This document shows, in pieces, positions 14,467 to 26,125 of a stretch of 64,000 bases of DNA. The DNA lies in NCBI GenBank assembly GCA_951406725.2, contig OX597820.1:67704001-67768000 (forward strand). Direction: 5' to 3'. Each line of letters opens with the position of its first letter. The first letter of the stretch is position 1. Position numbers and translations under genes: made by a program. This DNA comes from Octopus vulgaris (taxonomy: Eukaryota). The notes under the pieces are model-generated. The model made no database searches and was not told the DNA's origin. It saw only the letters and a program-made list of their open reading frames with translations.

Positions 14467-14785
14467 GGTGCGTGGCTCAGTGGTTAGAGCGTCAGGATTA
14501 CAATCATGCGGTAGTGAGTTCGATTCCCGGACCGGGCTGTGTTGTGTTCTTGAGCAAGACACTTTATTTCACATTAGTCCAGTTCACTCGGCTGTGGAAA
14601 TGAGTTGCAACGTCACTGGTGCCAAGCTATATCGGCCTTTCCCTTAGGTAACATTGGTGGTGTAGAGAGGGAGGCTGGCATGCATGGGCGACTGCTGAAC
14701 TTCCATAAACAACCATGCCCAGACCTGTGCCTTGGAGGAAAACGTCCTAGGTGTAATCCCATGTCATTCATGACCGATTGGAGTC
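14467..14785 (+). mobile_element. SINE family C (tRNA-derived); duplicate at 24413-24730
   Basis: A box TGGCTCAGTGG, B box GAGTTCGATTCCC, TTGAGCAAGACACTTT core-like block. Confidence 0.88.
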
Positions 14786-14863
14786 ATACACTCAAATGTA
14801 GGATCTGAACACAACATAAATGCAAGTAATGTTAATTAGTTTAAAATATGTAACATATGGTAA

Positions 14864-15257
14864 GGCGGCGAGCTGACGGGTGAAATGCTTAGCGGTATTT
14901 CGTCTGCCGCTACGTTCTGAGTTCAAATTCCGCCGAGGTCGACTTTGCTTTTTCATCCCTTCGAGGTCGATAAATTAAGTACTAGTTACGCACTGGGGTC
15001 GATATAATCGACTTAATCCGTTTGTCTGTCCTAGTTTGTCCTCTCTGTGTTTAGCCCCTTGTGGGTAGTAAAGATATAGGTATTTCGTCTGCCGTTACGT
15101 TCTAAGTTCAAATTCCGCCGTTGTCGACTTTGCCTTTCATCCTTTCGAGATTGATAATTTAAGTACCAGTTACGTACTGGGGTCGATATAATCGACTTAA
15201 TTTCTTTGTCTTTGCTTATCCCCTCTATGTTTAACCCCCTGTGGGCAATAAAGAAAT
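14864..15257 (+). mobile_element. Dimeric SINE family A with 19-bp TSD; duplicate at ~24810-25203
   Basis: Second monomer starts ~15079; AAATATGTAACATATGGTA (14844-14862) and AAATATGTAATATATGGTA (15258-15276). Confidence 0.9.
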
Positions 15258-15335
15258 AAATATGTAATATATGGTATAATTATAAACAGAGCAAATTTTA
15301 GCCATTTCTCTGCAGACTGAAAAAACGATGAACAA

Positions 15336-15376
15336 CCTTGATCGATTTTTGAACCGTATTGGGCTCTCATCAGAGG
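15336..15376 (-). ncRNA. Degenerate hammerhead-like motif; duplicate at 25282-25322
   Basis: Minus strand CCT-CTGATGA-GAGCC-CAATAC-GGTTC-AAAAA-TCGA-TC-AAGG; the G of GAAA is lost. Confidence 0.5.
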
Positions 15377-16132
15377 CGTCCACATCAGACTGTTTATATA
15401 CTCAACAAATGCAGCAGTTACTCTATGAAGGATTTCCTAATTTGCATACCGACAATGTTTAATACTCTATAAATACCAGCGGCCTGTTAACGGGGATCTT
15501 AGTCCAAACAGTATCAAGGTATGATAAAACATATATGTAATATATGGCAAATTTATTATTAATTTCTACACAATAAGGTGGTGTGTGGTATTGATACCAT
15601 GTCGTAAAAAGATGTGAGTTATGTAGGGATTTAGTTATGTACGTATTTAAATTGAGATTCTATACATCTTCTAGGATAATCTAAGAGCACAGGAAACTGA
15701 TGCGCATCCTCCAATCTATTAGTGGCATTGTAAAAATTTCTAAGATATTCCGAAGATACTCCTTCTGAGATTCTTTAAATGAATACATAGACATACACGC
15801 ACAAACACTTAAGTACCAAAGAGACATGTTCACACAGAACATAGGAACAAATACATACACTTTCATAGGTGCACATACGAGCTCAAACACATATATACAG
15901 ACTGCGGGTTTTGGAACTTGTCACTTGGCGACCTACTTAAACTCCATGAATAAAGGCTTAAGTAGACCTCAAAGAAAACGTAGCATACAACCCACCCACC
16001 CCGCTCGCCGCCTTTACCATGAATATAAATAATGTTTATGTAATGTTACAACATATTACGCGTCAATCATGATCATCTCGTCAGACGATATACATATGTG
16101 CGTGCATGTTTATGTGTGTATATGTGTGTGTA

Positions 16133-16165
<33 letters not shown>

Positions 16166-16419
16166 GTGTGTGTGTGAATGTATGTGTGTGTGAATACGAC
16201 TGGATTCAAAACAGTATCTATAAATCAAATTTCCCTCTTGAATCATAGTTAATCTCAGTTGTACAGCAGAAAGCAGTTGTTCAAGAGACTGCGCAATGGG
16301 GTAGTATTCGAAGCCAAAAATACCTAACAGCAATCGGTAATAAGCCTAGGTATAAATACTCTCGCATTTGATGAAATAACAGTTCATAAATGAATAAATG
16401 CCCGGAATTTGTGCACAAG

Positions 16420-18393
16420 CTATTCAAAAACATGACAATATAACTGACCCACTACATAAAACAACATAAACATCGACAAACGCATCAGAAAGAGCAGAAA
16501 GACCTTGGTCAATAAATGCATGAGAAAGACCAGTGGTAAGACCTTGGTGAATAAATGCATCAGAGAGAGCAGTAAGACCTCGGTCAATAAATGCAAAAGA
16601 AGGAGCCGTAAGACCTTGGTTAATAAATGCATGAGAAAGACCAGTAGTAAGACCTTGGTGAATAAATGCATCAGGAAGAGCAGTAAGACCTGGGTAAATA
16701 AACGCATCAGAAAGAGTAGTAAGATCGTGTTGAATAAATACATCAGAAAGAGCAGTAGTAATACCTTGGTCAATAAATGCATGAGAAAGACCAGTAGTAA
16801 GACCTTGGTCAACAAATGCATCAGAAAGAGCAGTAAGACCTTGGTCAACAAACGCATCTGAAAGAGCAGTAAGACCTCGGTCAATAAATGCATCAGAAAG
16901 AGCAGTAAGACCTTGGTCAACAAATGCAACAGAAAGAGCTGTAAGATCTCGGTCAATAAATGCATTAGAAATAGAAGTAAGACCTTGGTGAATAAATGCA
17001 TCAGAAAGACCAGTGGTAAGACCTTGGTGAATAAATGCATCAGAAAGAACTGTAAGACCTTGGTGAATAAATGCATCAGAAAGAGCAGTAAGACATTGGT
17101 CAACAAACGCATCCGAAAGAGCTGTAAGACCTTGGTCAATAAATGTCTCAGAAAGAGCAGTAAGACCACGGTCAATAAAGGCATCAGAAAGAGCAGTAAG
17201 ACATTGGTCAACAAATGCAAGAGAGAGAGCAGTAAGACCTCGCTGAATAAATGCATCAGAAAGAGCAGTAAGGCCTTGGTGAATAAATGCATCAGAAAGA
17301 GCAGTAGTAATACCTTGGTCAATAAATGCATGAGAAAGACCAGTAGTAAGACCTTGGTCAACAAATGCATCAGAAAGAGCAGTAAGACCTTGGTCAACAA
17401 ACGCATCTGAAAGAGCAGTAAGACCTCGGTCAATAAATGCATCAGAAAGAGCAGTAAGACCTTGGTCAACAAATGCAACAGAAAGAGCTGTAAGATCTCG
17501 GTCAATAAATGCATTAGAAATAGAAGTAAGACCTTGGTGAATAAATGCATCAGAAAGACCAGTGGTAAGACCTTGGTGAATAAATGCATCAGAAAGAACT
17601 GTAAGACCTTGGTGAATAAATGCATCAGAAAGAGCAGTAAGACATTGGTCAACAAACGCACCCGAAAGAGCTGTAAGACCTTGGTCAATAAATGTCTCAG
17701 AAAGAGCAGTAAGACCACGGTCAATAAAGGCATCAGAAAGAGCAGTAAGACATTGGTCAACAAATGCAAGAGAGAGAGCAGTAAGACCTCGCTGAATAAA
17801 TGCATCAGAAAGAGCAGTAAGGCCTTGGTGAATAAATGCATCGGAAAGAGCAGTAAGACCTTGGTCAATAAATGCATGAGAAAGACCACTAGTAAGACCT
17901 TGGTGAATAAATGCATCAGAAAGAGCAGTAAGACCTTGGTGAATAAATGCATCAGAAAGAGGTGTAAAACCTTGGTCAATAAATGTATCAGAAAGACCAG
18001 TAGTAAGACCTTGGTGAATAAATGCATCAGAAAGAGCAGTAAGACCTTGGTGAATAAATGCATCAGAAAGAGGTGTAAAACCTTGGTCAATAAATGTATC
18101 AGAAAGACCAGTAGTAAGACTTTGATGAACAAATGCATCAGAAAGAGCAGTAAGACCTTGGTGAATAAAGACATCAGAGAGAGCAGTAAGACCTCGGCCA
18201 ATAAATGCAAAAGAAGGAGCCGTAAGACCATAGTCAATAAAAGCATCAGAAAGAGCAGTAAGACCTTGGTCAATAAATGCATCAGAAAGACCAGTAGTAA
18301 GACCTTGGTGAATAAATGCATCAGAAAGAGCAGTAAGACCTCGGTCAATAAATGCATCAGAAAGAGCAGTAAGACGTTGGTGAATAAACGCAT
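16420..18393 (-). CDS. Hypothetical 657-aa Leu-rich repeat ORF (LLLFLMHLLTKV)n; coding status unproven
   Basis: Uninterrupted ATG..TAG frame across the array; may simply reflect a stop-free 36-bp unit. Confidence 0.15.
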   Translation of the reverse strand: MRLFTNVLLLFLMHLLTEVLLLFLMHLFTKVLLLVFLMHLLTKVLLLFLMLLLTMVLRLLLLHLLAEVLLLSLMSLFTKVLLLFLMHLFIKVLLLVFLIHLLTKVLHLFLMHLFTKVLLLFLMHLFTKVLLLVFLIHLLTKVLHLFLMHLFTKVLLLFLMHLFTKVLLVVFLMHLLTKVLLLFPMHLFTKALLLFLMHLFSEVLLLSLLHLLTNVLLLFLMPLLTVVLLLFLRHLLTKVLQLFRVRLLTNVLLLFLMHLFTKVLQFFLMHLFTKVLPLVFLMHLFTKVLLLFLMHLLTEILQLFLLHLLTKVLLLFLMHLLTEVLLLFQMRLLTKVLLLFLMHLLTKVLLLVFLMHLLTKVLLLLFLMHLFTKALLLFLMHLFSEVLLLSLLHLLTNVLLLFLMPLLTVVLLLFLRHLLTKVLQLFRMRLLTNVLLLFLMHLFTKVLQFFLMHLFTKVLPLVFLMHLFTKVLLLFLMHLLTEILQLFLLHLLTKVLLLFLMHLLTEVLLLFQMRLLTKVLLLFLMHLLTKVLLLVFLMHLLTKVLLLLFLMYLFNTILLLFLMRLFTQVLLLFLMHLFTKVLLLVFLMHLLTKVLRLLLLHLLTEVLLLSLMHLFTKVLPLVFLMHLLTKVFLLFLMRLSMFMLFYVVGQLYCHVFE

Positions 18394-18450
18394 CAGAATG
18401 AGCTGTAAGACCTTGTCAATAAACGCATCGAAACGAGCAGTAAGACATTG
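16470..18450. repeat. 36/39-bp tandem minisatellite (~54 units) with 549-bp higher-order repeat; possibly coding
   Basis: Consensus AAGACCTTGGTCAATAAATGCATCAGAAAGAGCAGT; 39-bp units add one triplet; rare variants recur 549 bp apart (TGA ending 16861 and 17410). Confidence 0.97.
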
Positions 18451-18715
18451 GAACTATAAAATACAATGCCGTGGTAAAAACATAAAATCCTTCATATCGA
18501 TACAGCTTAATGAGAAAATCACTGTAACTTTCAAGACATTGTGTTTGGTCCCTTCGGTAAACGAATAAGTACATAAAAAATGGTACAGCTGTATCTTACA
18601 TAATTAAGATATAACTACGTTCACATAGCAATTTCAAATAGCAGGACAAATAAAAATTTTATGGCTCTCAAAACGATTTAGTAAAATAACGGTAAGAGTT
18701 CAGTAAAAGTTATAC

Positions 18716-18862
18716 ATAATATAATATAATATAATATAATATAATATAATATAATATAATATAATATAATATAATATAATATAATATTACATAATATAAT
18801 ATAATATAATATAATATAATATAATATAATATAATATAATATAATGTGATATAATATAATAT
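18716..18862. repeat. (ATAAT)n pentanucleotide microsatellite; duplicate ~28670-28810
   Basis: Direct observation. Confidence 0.95.
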
Positions 18863-18863
18863 G

Positions 18864-18895
<32 letters not shown>

Positions 18896-19211
18896 ACGTA
18901 TGTATATATATGTATGTATGTTTGTATGCATTTATAAATATTTATAATATATATATATATATATATATACATACATACACACATACATACATACTTACAT
19001 ACATACACTCGCTCACACATGTACGCATGTATGTATGCATCTATATACACACAGACACACACACATATAAATATACGCTGGAAAGTAAGTTTTTCACACG
19101 AATAAATGTATAAAGAAAAGAAAAAAGGTTGAAAATGCGATTTAAGAAAATTTATTTTATGAAAATTTACATGAATTTATATATAATTTACTTTATCGAT
19201 TTCATATGTTT

Positions 19212-19338
19212 TGCCGGAGCCTCGTGGAACTTTAGCTATTTTCGCTCAATAAACACTCACAACGACCGGTCTGGGAATCGAAACCGCGATATTACGACCG
19301 CAAGTCTGCTGCCCTAACCGCTGGGCCATTGCGCCTCC
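19212..19338 (-). mobile_element. SINE family B head; duplicate at ~29160-29286
   Basis: Reverse complement of GGAGGCGCAATGGCCCAGCGGTTAGGGCAGC..GTTTCGATTCCCAGACCGG. Confidence 0.88.
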
Positions 19339-19739
19339 ACATACATACATACATACATACATACATACATACATACATACATACATACATACATACATAC
19401 ATACATACATACATACATACAAACAAGCATGCACACACACACACATACAGACACACATACTTATGTGCGAGATTGGTTAGGTACAAAATAAATTAGGATT
19501 GTTACTGTTAAAACTATTTGTATTTAACACAGTACTCATCTGTTGATAAGACACGTGACAAAAAATACCTGGGTATCTTTACTGCGCGTTCCAATACACA
19601 AGCAGATACACTTAAACAGCTACACTTGTACACCTGAATGTATCCGAAAAGTGTCATCGTTCAAGAGTTTCTTCTATTTAGCTGTAATTATATACACGGA
19701 AAATATGATTTGTGTGCTCAATTGTGTGCGTATGTGTGC

Positions 19740-19807
<68 letters not shown>

Positions 19808-19965
19808 GTGAGTGTGTGTGTATGTGTGTGTGTGTTTGTGTGTTTGTGTGTGTATTTATTTTATACTCATATTTAGGTACAAAATGCTCATATTTATATA
19901 AATACATACAGACAAAAAAATATTTTTACGGGGGTTATGTATGTATGTATGTATCTATCTATCAT

Positions 19966-20055
<90 letters not shown>

Positions 20056-20366
20056 GTATTATTTCTCTTCATAGGCTTAAAATTTTGGAGTTCAACGTTA
20101 AGCGATTTGCACAAAAGAAGTATTTTTTATGATTACGGAATATGTAAGAGTATATCCATAATTATACATAGATAAATAAATAAATAAATGCATATATACT
20201 TATGTTTATGTATATATATGTATTACTTATACTGTAGATGCATATATGAGCATATATATACTAGTATATATATGTGTATAAGAATATAAGTATATAGGTG
20301 TATAAGGCTAGCATATATATGTATATAATAACATGTGTATAATTATAAGCATATAGTAACATATGT

Positions 20367-20423
<57 letters not shown>

Positions 20424-20956
20424 CATACATGCATGCATACAAATATACATGCATACCTACAAATATACATGCATTCATACATGAATACATGTATACATGT
20501 ATATGACGTTCTCTCTGTGAATCAATGTATATACGTATATATTCATTCACAGATATATATATATACATATATATGTATGCATTTATGTGTGTGTATGCAT
20601 GCATGTATGTATGTATGTATTTATGTTTTGTATGCATGTATATATGAATGTATGTATATTTGTATGCATGCGTGTATGTTTCTATGTATATATTATATAT
20701 ATACATGAAAAAATACTTACATATGTATGCACATGCCCATACATAAACACACGGATACATATATAAACGTATTCAAACACACGAAACTAGGAAAACGCGC
20801 GCAAGCATATGCGCAAGAGACATATACATGTGAATATATATATGGTAACTGCACGTTAAATTCAGCAGCATATACATACATATGTATATATATGTATATA
20901 TATATGAGTGCGTGTTTACATATATATATGTATGTACATGTATATGTGTGTATAGG

Positions 20957-21029
<73 letters not shown>

Positions 21030-21081
21030 ATATACATACATACATATATACATATATATACATATATATATACATACATGC

Positions 21082-21116
<35 letters not shown>

Positions 21117-21156
21117 CGTATATATGTATATATATATATGCGTATATATATATATT

Positions 21157-21191
<35 letters not shown>

Positions 21192-21306
21192 TAATATGTA
21201 AGTGTTTGTACAATATATTAAGAAACAAAATAGAAAAACTACACCCATACAAATGCCATGCACCCAAAAACACATGCTGGCATATATACAGAAGACTGCG
21301 TGTCGT

Positions 21307-21359
<53 letters not shown>

Positions 21360-21503
21360 TTGAATATATAGATGCACATCGATTATTATGCTGTACAGTT
21401 GTATGATGTGAATTTAATAATTTTCTGAAATAACATCATTTCAAGAGATCGTGTTCGTGAATATTCAACACCAATTGCTTGTGTAAGCAAATATAGGCAT
21501 GAA

Positions 21504-21564
<61 letters not shown>

Positions 21565-21782
21565 GTATATATGTATATACATACACACACACACACACAC
21601 ACGCACACACACGCACACACATATATATCTAAATGTAGGTATATAAATATACATACATATACATACATATATATGTGCATGTTTGTACATTATGCGCGTG
21701 TATATATATGTATATATACGTATATATATATATTATGTGTGTGTATGTATGTATGTATATATATATTTATAAATATATATGC

Positions 21783-21820
<38 letters not shown>

Positions 21821-22192
21821 GTAGGTATATAAATACACATACATATGCATACAAGTGCATATATACAAGTGCATATAAGTTAAATAAATACCCGGGTGAA
21901 ATTATTACATACATGTGCTGCTATTTGTTTATATATGTCTATATACATACACACACATACGTAAACACACTCACACTTACACACAGAAACACACACACAT
22001 ATATATATAGGCAATGATAGATACAATATGTATGTATTATAAATATGTATAAGTATTTATATTATCAATATAACTTTCCACGAAACAGGTTACAAATATT
22101 TTCAGGTTTGTTTTGTATGTCGAGAAATGAGTATGTGTGAGTTATAGCTTGATCTATAACTATGTTTATGAATGTATCAATCTATCTAACAT

Positions 22193-22293
<101 letters not shown>

Positions 22294-22442
22294 ATATATC
22301 TATCTATTTATCTATCTATCAATATATCTATCTATTTCGTTACATCGAAATAGGCTGACAGGTGTATGGATAGACAGATTGATAGATTGGTACAGTAACA
22401 CTAAATACTTCAACACGTGGATAGAGTCATATGCAGACCTAT

Positions 22443-22492
<50 letters not shown>

Positions 22493-22678
22493 TATATCTA
22501 TATATATCTATCTATCTATCTATCTAGCTGTGTTTATATACGTGCATATATATATATATTCGTAATTATTTATGTACATGTACACATATAGTATAGTACA
22601 ATGCACTATACTCCTATACTCTCAAACAAACACACATATACATACAAAAATATACTTATGCATATTAATATACATACC

Positions 22679-22709
<31 letters not shown>

Positions 22710-22746
22710 ATACATATATATATATATACATATATATATGTATATA

Positions 22747-22792
<46 letters not shown>

Positions 22793-22815
22793 CATACATA
22801 CATGCATACATACAT

Positions 22816-22890
<75 letters not shown>

Positions 22891-23235
22891 GTATGTAGAA
22901 AAATACAACATGGACAAGAACGTATAACTCTTAGAAGACGACACAATAAACACGGACAGGACATTCGAAACCCTCAGTCTTCAGTCAAGAACCGGATCAT
23001 CGTAGTAATTTCGGCTGATTAATCTTGAGATTACTAGATCACGGCCAGCCCTCCAAGAAAAACCAAGCAACGAGCATTAGAAAAACTAAGCTGGAAGCGT
23101 AGATTTCCTGGAAGAAGGATATATATGAACACCAGGACAGCAAAAGGGACAGATATAAAAAAACAAAAAACAATAATGGAATATATAAACATGTTTATAT
23201 GTATTTATTTGTGTGCGTTTGAATGCTTGCGTGTG

Positions 23236-23297
<62 letters not shown>

Positions 23298-23323
23298 GTG
23301 TGTGTGTGTGTATATATAAATGA

Positions 23324-23519
23324 AAAATTATAATAGGGCGTTGAATGATTACAACACCAGTCTGCTAGAAATAGACCCCCAAAAGGCCTATGAACCACTT
23401 AGATTATTACTCCACTACACATGGTTTTGTAGTGGGGTAATCTAAGTGGTTTTTGTCCATTTGGGGTCTATTTCTAACAGACTGGTGATGTAATCATTCA
23501 ACACCCTTATTATAATTTT
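23324..23519. repeat. ~196-bp imperfect palindrome; duplicate at 33240-33436
   Basis: AAAATTATAATAGGGCGTTGAATGATTACA..AACCACTTAGATTA..CCACTACA / TGTAGTGG..TAATCTAAGTGGTT..TGTAATCATTCAACACCCTTATTATAATTTT. Confidence 0.93.
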
Positions 23520-24032
23520 AATATAAATTAACCATTATAGTATTTCTAGTATGGTAGCCACTGATAAATCATTAAATAATGATTTTATCCTAATTACGTA
23601 TAAACATATATATGTATGTACATATTTTTTAAACGCATGCTGACAGAGATATCTTAACTCTTTAATTCAGTTTTCTGCAAACAAGTGGGTGATGATAATT
23701 TTCTGCAAAGAAGCATTATGCACATGCTCGCGTCCATTCCCTCACTATGTGCACGCATACATTTCTTATACCTAGTGAATATATATACAACATTTTATAC
23801 TTATGGATTAAATATATATATTCTATTCTTTTATTCTTTTATTCGTTTCAGCCAAAAGAATAAAGGAATAGAATATATATTCATAGGTACATTTTTTTCA
23901 ATGTATACGCACGAAGTATGACAACGTTCACATGTTGAGGGAATGGACAATGAATATGTGTATATATATATGCGCTGTGTGTGTGTATTGTTTGTATGAT
24001 ATATATATAATAAGAAACCCATATATATAAAT

Positions 24033-24094
<62 letters not shown>

Positions 24095-24124
24095 TACGTA
24101 TATATGCATATGTATATATATATG

Positions 24125-24159
<35 letters not shown>

Positions 24160-24309
24160 GTATATATATATATGCATATATATACACATAGTCACACACA
24201 CATGCACACCCATAAATATATATCATATATATACATATATATATGTATGTATATATATACATATATATATACACACACATATATACATACACACATACAC
24301 ACCTATTAA

Positions 24310-24409
24310 NNNNNNNNNNNNNNNNNNNNNNNNNNNNNNNNNNNNNNNNNNNNNNNNNNNNNNNNNNNNNNNNNNNNNNNNNNNNNNNNNNNNNNNNNNN
24401 NNNNNNNNN
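24310..24409. other. Assembly gap (100 N)
   Basis: Run of N of the conventional unknown-size length. Confidence 0.99.
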
Positions 24410-26092
24410 GAAGGTGCGTGGCTCAGTGGTTAGAGCGTCAGGATTACAATCATGCGGTAGTGAGTTCGATTCCCGGACCGGGCTGTGTTGTGTTCTTGAG
24501 CAAGACACTTTATTTCACATTAGTCCAGTTCACTCAGCTGTGGAAATGAGTTGCAACGTCACTGGTGCCAAGCTATATCGGCCTTTCCCTTAGGTAACAT
24601 TGGTGGTGTAGAGAGGGAGGCTGGCATGCATGGGCGACTGCTGAACTTCCATAAACAACCATGCCCAGACCTGTGCCTTGGAGGAAAACGTCCTAGGTGT
24701 AATCCCATGTCATTCATGACCGATTGGAGTCATACACTCAAATGTAGGATCTGAACACAACATAAATGCAAGTAATGTTAATTAGTTTAAAATATGTAAC
24801 ATATGGTAAGGCGGCGAGCTGACGGGTGAAATGCTTAGCGGTATTTCGTCTGCCGCTACGTTCTGAGTTCAAATTCCGCCGAGGTCGACTTTGCTTTTTC
24901 ATCCCTTCGAGGTCGATAAATTAAGTACTAGTTACGCACTGGGGTCGATATAATCGACTTAATCCGTTTGTCTGTCCTAGTTTGTCCTCTCTGTGTTTAG
25001 CCCCTTGTGGGTAGTAAAGATATAGGTATTTCGTCTGCCGTTACGTTCTAAGTTCAAATTCCGCCGTTGTCGACTTTGCCTTTCATCCTTTCGAGATTGA
25101 TAATTTAAGTACCAGTTACGTACTGGGGTCGATATAATCGACTTAATTTCTTTGTCTTTGCTTATCCCCTCTATGTTTAGCCCCCTGTGGGCAATAAAGA
25201 AATAAATATGTAATATATGGTATAATTATAAACAGAGCAAATTTTAGCCATTTCTCTGCAGACTGAAAAAACGATGAACAACCTTGATCGATTTTTGAAC
25301 CGTATTGGGCTCTCATCAGAGGCGTCCACATCATTCTGATGCAAGCAGTCAGTTTATATACTCAACAAATGCAGCAGTTACTCTATGAAGGATTTCCTAA
25401 TTTGCATACCGACAATGTTTAATACTCTATAAATACCAGCGGCCTGTTAACGGGGATCTTAGTCCAAACAGTATCAAGGTATGATAAAACATATATGTAA
25501 TATATGGCAAATTTATTATTAATTTCTACACAATAAGGTGGTGTGTGGTATTGATACCATGTCGTAAAAAGATGTGAGTTATGTAGGGATTTAGTTATGT
25601 ACGTATTTAAATTGAGATTCTATATATCTTCTAGGATAATTTAAGAGCACAGGAAACTGATGCGCATCCTCCAATCTATTAGTGGCATTGTAAAAATTTC
25701 TAAGATATTCCGAAGATACTCCTTCTGAGATTCTTTAAATGAATACATAGACATACACGCACAAACACTTAAGTACCAAAGAGACATGTTCACACAGAAC
25801 ATAGGAACAAATACATACACTTTCATAGGTGCACATACGAGCTCAAACACATATATACAGACTGCGGGTTTTGGAACTTGTCACTTGGCGACCTACTTAA
25901 ACTCCATGAATAAAGGCTTAAGTAGACCTCAAAGAAAACGTAGCATACAACCCACCCACCCCGCTCGCCGCCTTTACCATGAATATAAATAATGTTTATG
26001 TAATGTTACAACATATTACGCGTCAATCATGATCATCTCGTCAGACGATATACATATGTGCGTGCATGTTTATGTGTGTATATGTGTGTGTA

Positions 26093-26125
<33 letters not shown>

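Noticed and set aside
16470-18450. CRISPR array (36-bp repeats)
   Set aside because: Units are contiguous with no unique spacers, there are no cas genes and the context is eukaryotic
22890-23170. Hammerhead in a T-rich minus-strand element (CTGAAGA..; CTCAAGA..GAAA)
   Set aside because: No compatible stem II and GAAA arrangement; probably a dispersed repeat but the ribozyme is unsupported
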